A stretch of 10,775 nt of DNA from Paraspadella gotoi (Eukaryota > Animalia > Chaetognatha). The notes beneath the pieces were generated by a model. That model had not been told where the DNA came from. It was given only the letters and a program-made list of their open reading frames with translations, and did not search any database. The DNA lies in NCBI GenBank assembly GCA_051294375.1, contig JBJCIZ010000221.1, positions 1 to 10,775 on the forward strand. The letters run 5' to 3'. Below, piece after piece: positions 7,974 to 10,775 of the stretch (position 1 is the first letter of the stretch; each line of letters opens with the position of its first letter). The translations under genes were made by a program, and so were the position numbers.

Positions 7974-8678
7974 GTTTTAAAAAAAAGTATGCACTTTTTC
8001 ATCATGCCCTCCCCTTCCCTTAACTGGCAATAACTCACGCTGTTACAACTGTCCGATCCGTACCTCCATCGACCGCAGGGCTATTCAAATTCTAAACCCA
8101 TATTACGCATACTTTCGTGGAATCGACTTTTTTTTTCTCGGATAATAAGGATGGACTCGATCTCATTCGCTTAGTCCCTCATCTATCTTACTTAAAGATC
8201 CTTTAATTCGCATCCGTCTTTTCTTCGATTTAGTTTGAAAAAAAATGAAAAGCGTATTGTCCCCTTTTCCTTCTTTTTCGCGAAACGAACGAAATTCTGA
8301 AAGAATTTCTTAAGCGAAATTTAAGCGGTGCGGATATTTCCATTTTTCAAAAACGAAAGTTTTTTTAAGCTGCAGTTATGATTCTGTTATTTAATTTATG
8401 ATTAATTTATGACTGATGTTTTAAACTTTTACTTATTACGAAAGGCAAGATGTTTAAATTTCAATATTATATACTAAAAATGATTTGTTTGCTTGATGTT
8501 TGATTTATTTCAATAGCTTATTTATTCATTTTTCATTATTATTATTCAATTCGTTTCGTTAATTCAATACCGGACTGCATCCATTGATCATTTCTTTAGT
8601 CATCCATTCATTATTAATCATCATTATTAATTATTCATTAACAAACAATATATAAACTTCTTATCCACTTCCTCACAG

Positions 8679-8840
8679 TCAAACGCCCGCCTCTTTCCTC
8701 ATCCTCCTCTCACAAAAGCGCGCGGGTCCTCTTCCGTCTCGATGCCTACATCTCCTCACAACAGCCAACTCATGCGCGCATCCCGGACGCCCCAAATGCA
8801 TCCAGATTCCGCAGATCACAGAGACGTCGTTCCTGCTTAA
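8679..8840 (+). CDS. Candidate terminal exon, product unknown
   Basis: GC-rich island after very AT-rich intron-like DNA, beginning right after the pyrimidine-rich acceptor CTTCCTCACAG (ends 8678). The phase-0 frame reads SNARLFPHPPLTKARGSSSVSMPTSPHNSQLMRASRTPQMHPDSADHRDVVPA*, with AATAAA near 8985 and 9000. All three frames are open, so the frame is unresolved, and no upstream exon was identified. Confidence 0.28.
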   Translation, partial: SNARLFPHPPLTKARGSSSVSMPTSPHNSQLMRASRTPQMHPDSADHRDVVPA

Positions 8841-9586
8841 GAGATAAGGGGTTTTTTGATTGATGATTCGGTCGGCTCTGAGAAGCCATAAAATGCGAAA
8901 TATGAAAATCAAATGTTTCAGATCTCCACACCTGGCTACCTTTCGCCTTAAAAGCTTGGTCCTGTTTACGATAAAAAAACACCCAATAAAATTACCAAAA
9001 ATAAAAGTTTAAAAAAAAAGACCATATAAAAATGTATATAGACTAATGTTAAAACTGCTAAATTTCCACTAATATAATGGATCTGGGTGTCCCCTTTATC
9101 GTTTAAGTTTCGCACACATTATCGCTCATCTCTAATCTCTACTTTCACCAGTTAAATTCACCTCTAAAACGACTCACTCTCTTGTCTCGACTTCTGTTCC
9201 GAAGAATTCATAAAAACCTGTGTAGCTTCTTCTTTTTCCCCAGTTAGTACTACTTTCGATTCGGACCTCACTTTTTTATTATTCCCAGGTACACAATAAA
9301 CGTTCGGAATTTCGAGATAAATTTGATGATTGACCCGTTTTTTAGATTTTCCACTTTATAAATAAAGTTTTTAATGGATTTTACTTCCTCGTTGATAATA
9401 TGAAATTTAGAATTTTAAATGTTTCTCACTCGGTTATGTACCAAACAGATCAGTTGAACAGAAGAAGGACTATTAGGAGAGTTCGCGAATTCAGTATTTT
9501 GCCTTTTTTCTTATTTTTTGAAGGAAGATAATGGAATGGAATTGAATTGAATTATTGAACTTTAGTATAAGTATAAATTTCACGTA

Positions 9587-10185
9587 TCCTTCCTTCCTCC
9601 CTTTCTCTATTTCCAGCTCCTCTGCTCTACTCTCCCTCTCTTCTCTCTTCCCCTCCGCTCCCCCTCAACATGAAAAAATCCGGTGCAACTTTTCTCATTT
9701 TATTTCCATTCTATCTTGGGACTGCCCAAAACTAGAACAAACGAAGAACGAAACAATCAAACAGAAAGAATACGAACGAAGGGAGAACAAAGTAACGACG
9801 ACAAATTGGAGGGAGGGAGAAGTAAACACAACAATGACTTAAATCACTTTCATTTTTTTTCTTCATTTACATATTTCATGCTCTCTATCTCTCTCTCTCT
9901 TCTCTCTCTCATCCTCCTCTCTTCTCGCTCGTTATTCTCCCTATTATCCCTATACGAGAATCGTTTGTTGAGGTCGTACCAGACACAAAAAGAGAAGACG
10001 AATGCTAGAGAGAAAAGAGATAGAAGAGATGAGAGAAGAGAAAGAGAGAAGAGAGAGAGGGGAAGAGAGAAAAGAGAGAGATTTTTTTTCAGCCGCAACT
10101 TGTTTTGCTCTCGAATTGTTATAAGGAAAACTGATACATCTCCGCCTCCCTCTTCTCTCCTCTCCTCTCATTCCTCCTCTTATTC
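9587..10185. repeat. Alternating CT-rich and GA-rich low-complexity blocks
   Basis: Pyrimidine blocks at ~9587-9666, ~9880-9930 and ~10139-10185. Purine-rich blocks at ~9730-9825 and ~9986-10081. Confidence 0.8.
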
Positions 10186-10775
10186 CCAAGCCACTACTTA
10201 ACTAAATCATGATGTTTGATCATTAATATTCTGTAAAAAAGAGAACGCCTATTAAAATCTGGATAGTATACAATTAAAAGCTGATAATGTGACGTCAGAA
10301 GTTACTTGAATACTTATTTTTAATATTTGAATATTTAATTAAATACAGTTTTTTAATAATTTACAGTTCGAGTTGAAGCCCCCCCAAAAAAACTCTATTT
10401 AATCAGCAGGAAATAAAAAAAATATCCTAAAATACAAAATTAAATGAAATAGAAAAAAAATTAACCTTCAAGCTTTACTTATTCCTATGCTAAAAAAGTC
10501 AGAAAAACATTTCTTTTTCCTGGTGCTGATATCGAATAAATTTATCGTACCGATCTGACGTGGAATTACAGTTTCTAAGTTTACTGAAATAAAAAATTTC
10601 ATTAAATACGTCACGCTTAAAATTATGGGGCAAAAACGACGAATAATAGACCTTCCGACAGGGATCAATCGCCCGCCAACAAAGCGAAAAACGTTTAACA
10701 TAAAATAATGAACTACTAGTACTAAATTCCTTATTCCGAAAGAATCACAGAGGCGTTAAAGCAGAATCATCATTC

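Noticed and set aside
9555-10201. Overlapping ORFs on both strands
   Set aside because: Translations of CT/GA low-complexity blocks.
10468-10701. 77-aa minus-strand ORF and nearby TTTCAG/GT splice-like sites
   Set aside because: No recognisable motif, and the candidate mini-exons did not chain into an open frame.

Overview
AT-rich eukaryotic genomic DNA, probably from an invertebrate animal (the host cannot be named from sequence alone). It contains no intact, recognisable protein-coding gene, RNA gene or CRISPR array. The best-supported structure is a decayed, internally deleted Ty3/Gypsy LTR retrotransposon (~861-2838, + strand). It has two ~190-bp LTRs at ~86% identity, a tRNA-Trp-like primer binding site, an integrase C-terminal remnant (…YDSVF…VSVDRLKP…) and a polypurine tract. 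Two non-autonomous DNA elements appear to be nested inside it. The first is an 805-bp MITE-like element with 43-bp TIRs and a telomere-like TTAGGG/TTAAGG array, sitting exactly where gag-PR-RT-RH is missing. The second is a ~333-bp TA-flanked insertion whose removal rejoins the integrase reading frame. Half of the LTR-LTR differences are CpG-type transitions, which suggests the host methylates transposons. The rest of the window is low-complexity polypurine/polypyrimidine DNA, which explains most of the supplied ORFs, plus a few GC-rich islands that could be exons or decayed coding sequence but cannot be identified. I cannot support a new biological system here. All counts were made by hand.
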